Assembly: GCA_016748015.1 (NCBI GenBank)
Contig: JAAOMT010000034.1
Coordinates: 186,001-250,000, forward strand
Reading direction: 5' to 3'
DNA length: 64,000 bases
Source: Geosiphon pyriformis uo1
Taxonomy: Eukaryota; Fungi; Glomeromycota
In this document: piece after piece, positions 63,501 through 64,000 of the stretch
Numbering within the stretch: position 1 is the first letter of the stretch
How the letters are laid out: each line of letters opens with the position of its first letter
Notes under the pieces: model-generated
What the model saw: the letters and a program-made list of their open reading frames with translations, nothing else
Database searches by the model: none
What the model was told of the DNA's origin: nothing
Made by a program: the position numbers and the translations under genes

Positions 63501-64000
63501 CAACAATGGAAAGGGAAAACAAAAAGAAGAACTTACCTGGGAGACTGATGATCTGACCTAGACCGACAATGATGAAAATGAACTAACACCAAACTGGGAA
63601 TGGAAAGAAAAAAACAATAAAGGAAAAGAAAAAGAAAAAGAAACAACAACCACCAACACCACTTTTTCTAACTCCTACACTTACACTACACCACCACAAT
63701 CCACCTATCATTAACCAAAACTTATATGCATCAATTGTGGCAAGAAATTGTTGTTAATGAGCGCATGCTGTAGTAACGACAAGGAATATACAACAGCGAC
63801 CAAATTCTATCGCTGCGCATGTGTTATAGAAAGGTTTGGATGACCAAAAAGGCAAGAAAAATGGGACAACCAACCTTGTCTCACTTGTGAAGAAACTTTC
63901 TTGGATGAAGGAATGTGAAATGATATTTTAGGGCAAGGAGGAATGTGCAATGAATCATGCCAATATACAATTCTAATCAGCGACTGGATAAGGAAAGAGA

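Larger units (their letters stand above)
58847..64000 (+). mobile_element. Ty3/Gypsy element C (related but divergent family): 5' LTR, PBS, gag, PR, Cys-rich domain; continues beyond the window
   Basis: LTR 58847-60574 (interrupted), PBS 60577-60593, gag from 60637, CHYCGKQGHLQINC 62323-62364, LILDSGSAG ~63040, Cys-rich region 63727-64000. Confidence 0.92.

Overview
Eukaryotic, very AT-rich fungal DNA. Intron style, gene content and TE families suggest Glomeromycota, possibly Geosiphon-like; this is recall, not verified. The window has two compartments. (1) A CpG-retaining gene island (~4.1-24.9 kb) with three intron-containing genes: a 9-exon 2OG-Fe(II) dioxygenase, a DUF1769-family protein, and a coiled-coil protein with a CC1-box/Spindly-like dynein-adaptor signature plus a hydrophobic C-terminal tail. 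About 10 kb of microsatellite-rich non-coding DNA with assembly gaps follows. (2) Transposon clusters (1-4.1 kb and 24.9-64 kb) of nested, C>T/G>A-eroded LINEs (APE/RT/RNase H/Zn finger) and Ty3/Gypsy LTR elements. The centrepiece is a structurally complete but mutated 9.9-kb LTR retrotransposon (48095-57993, minus strand) and its relatives. This lineage combines a GTG-started, ATG-free N-terminal Gag extension, a conserved Cys-rich domain plus dUTPase between protease and RT, no chromodomain, an extra non-env ORF before the PPT, a non-initiator-Met PBS, and 4-bp TSDs almost always centred on TG/CA (possible decayed CpG). All coordinates were read by eye; no searches were run.
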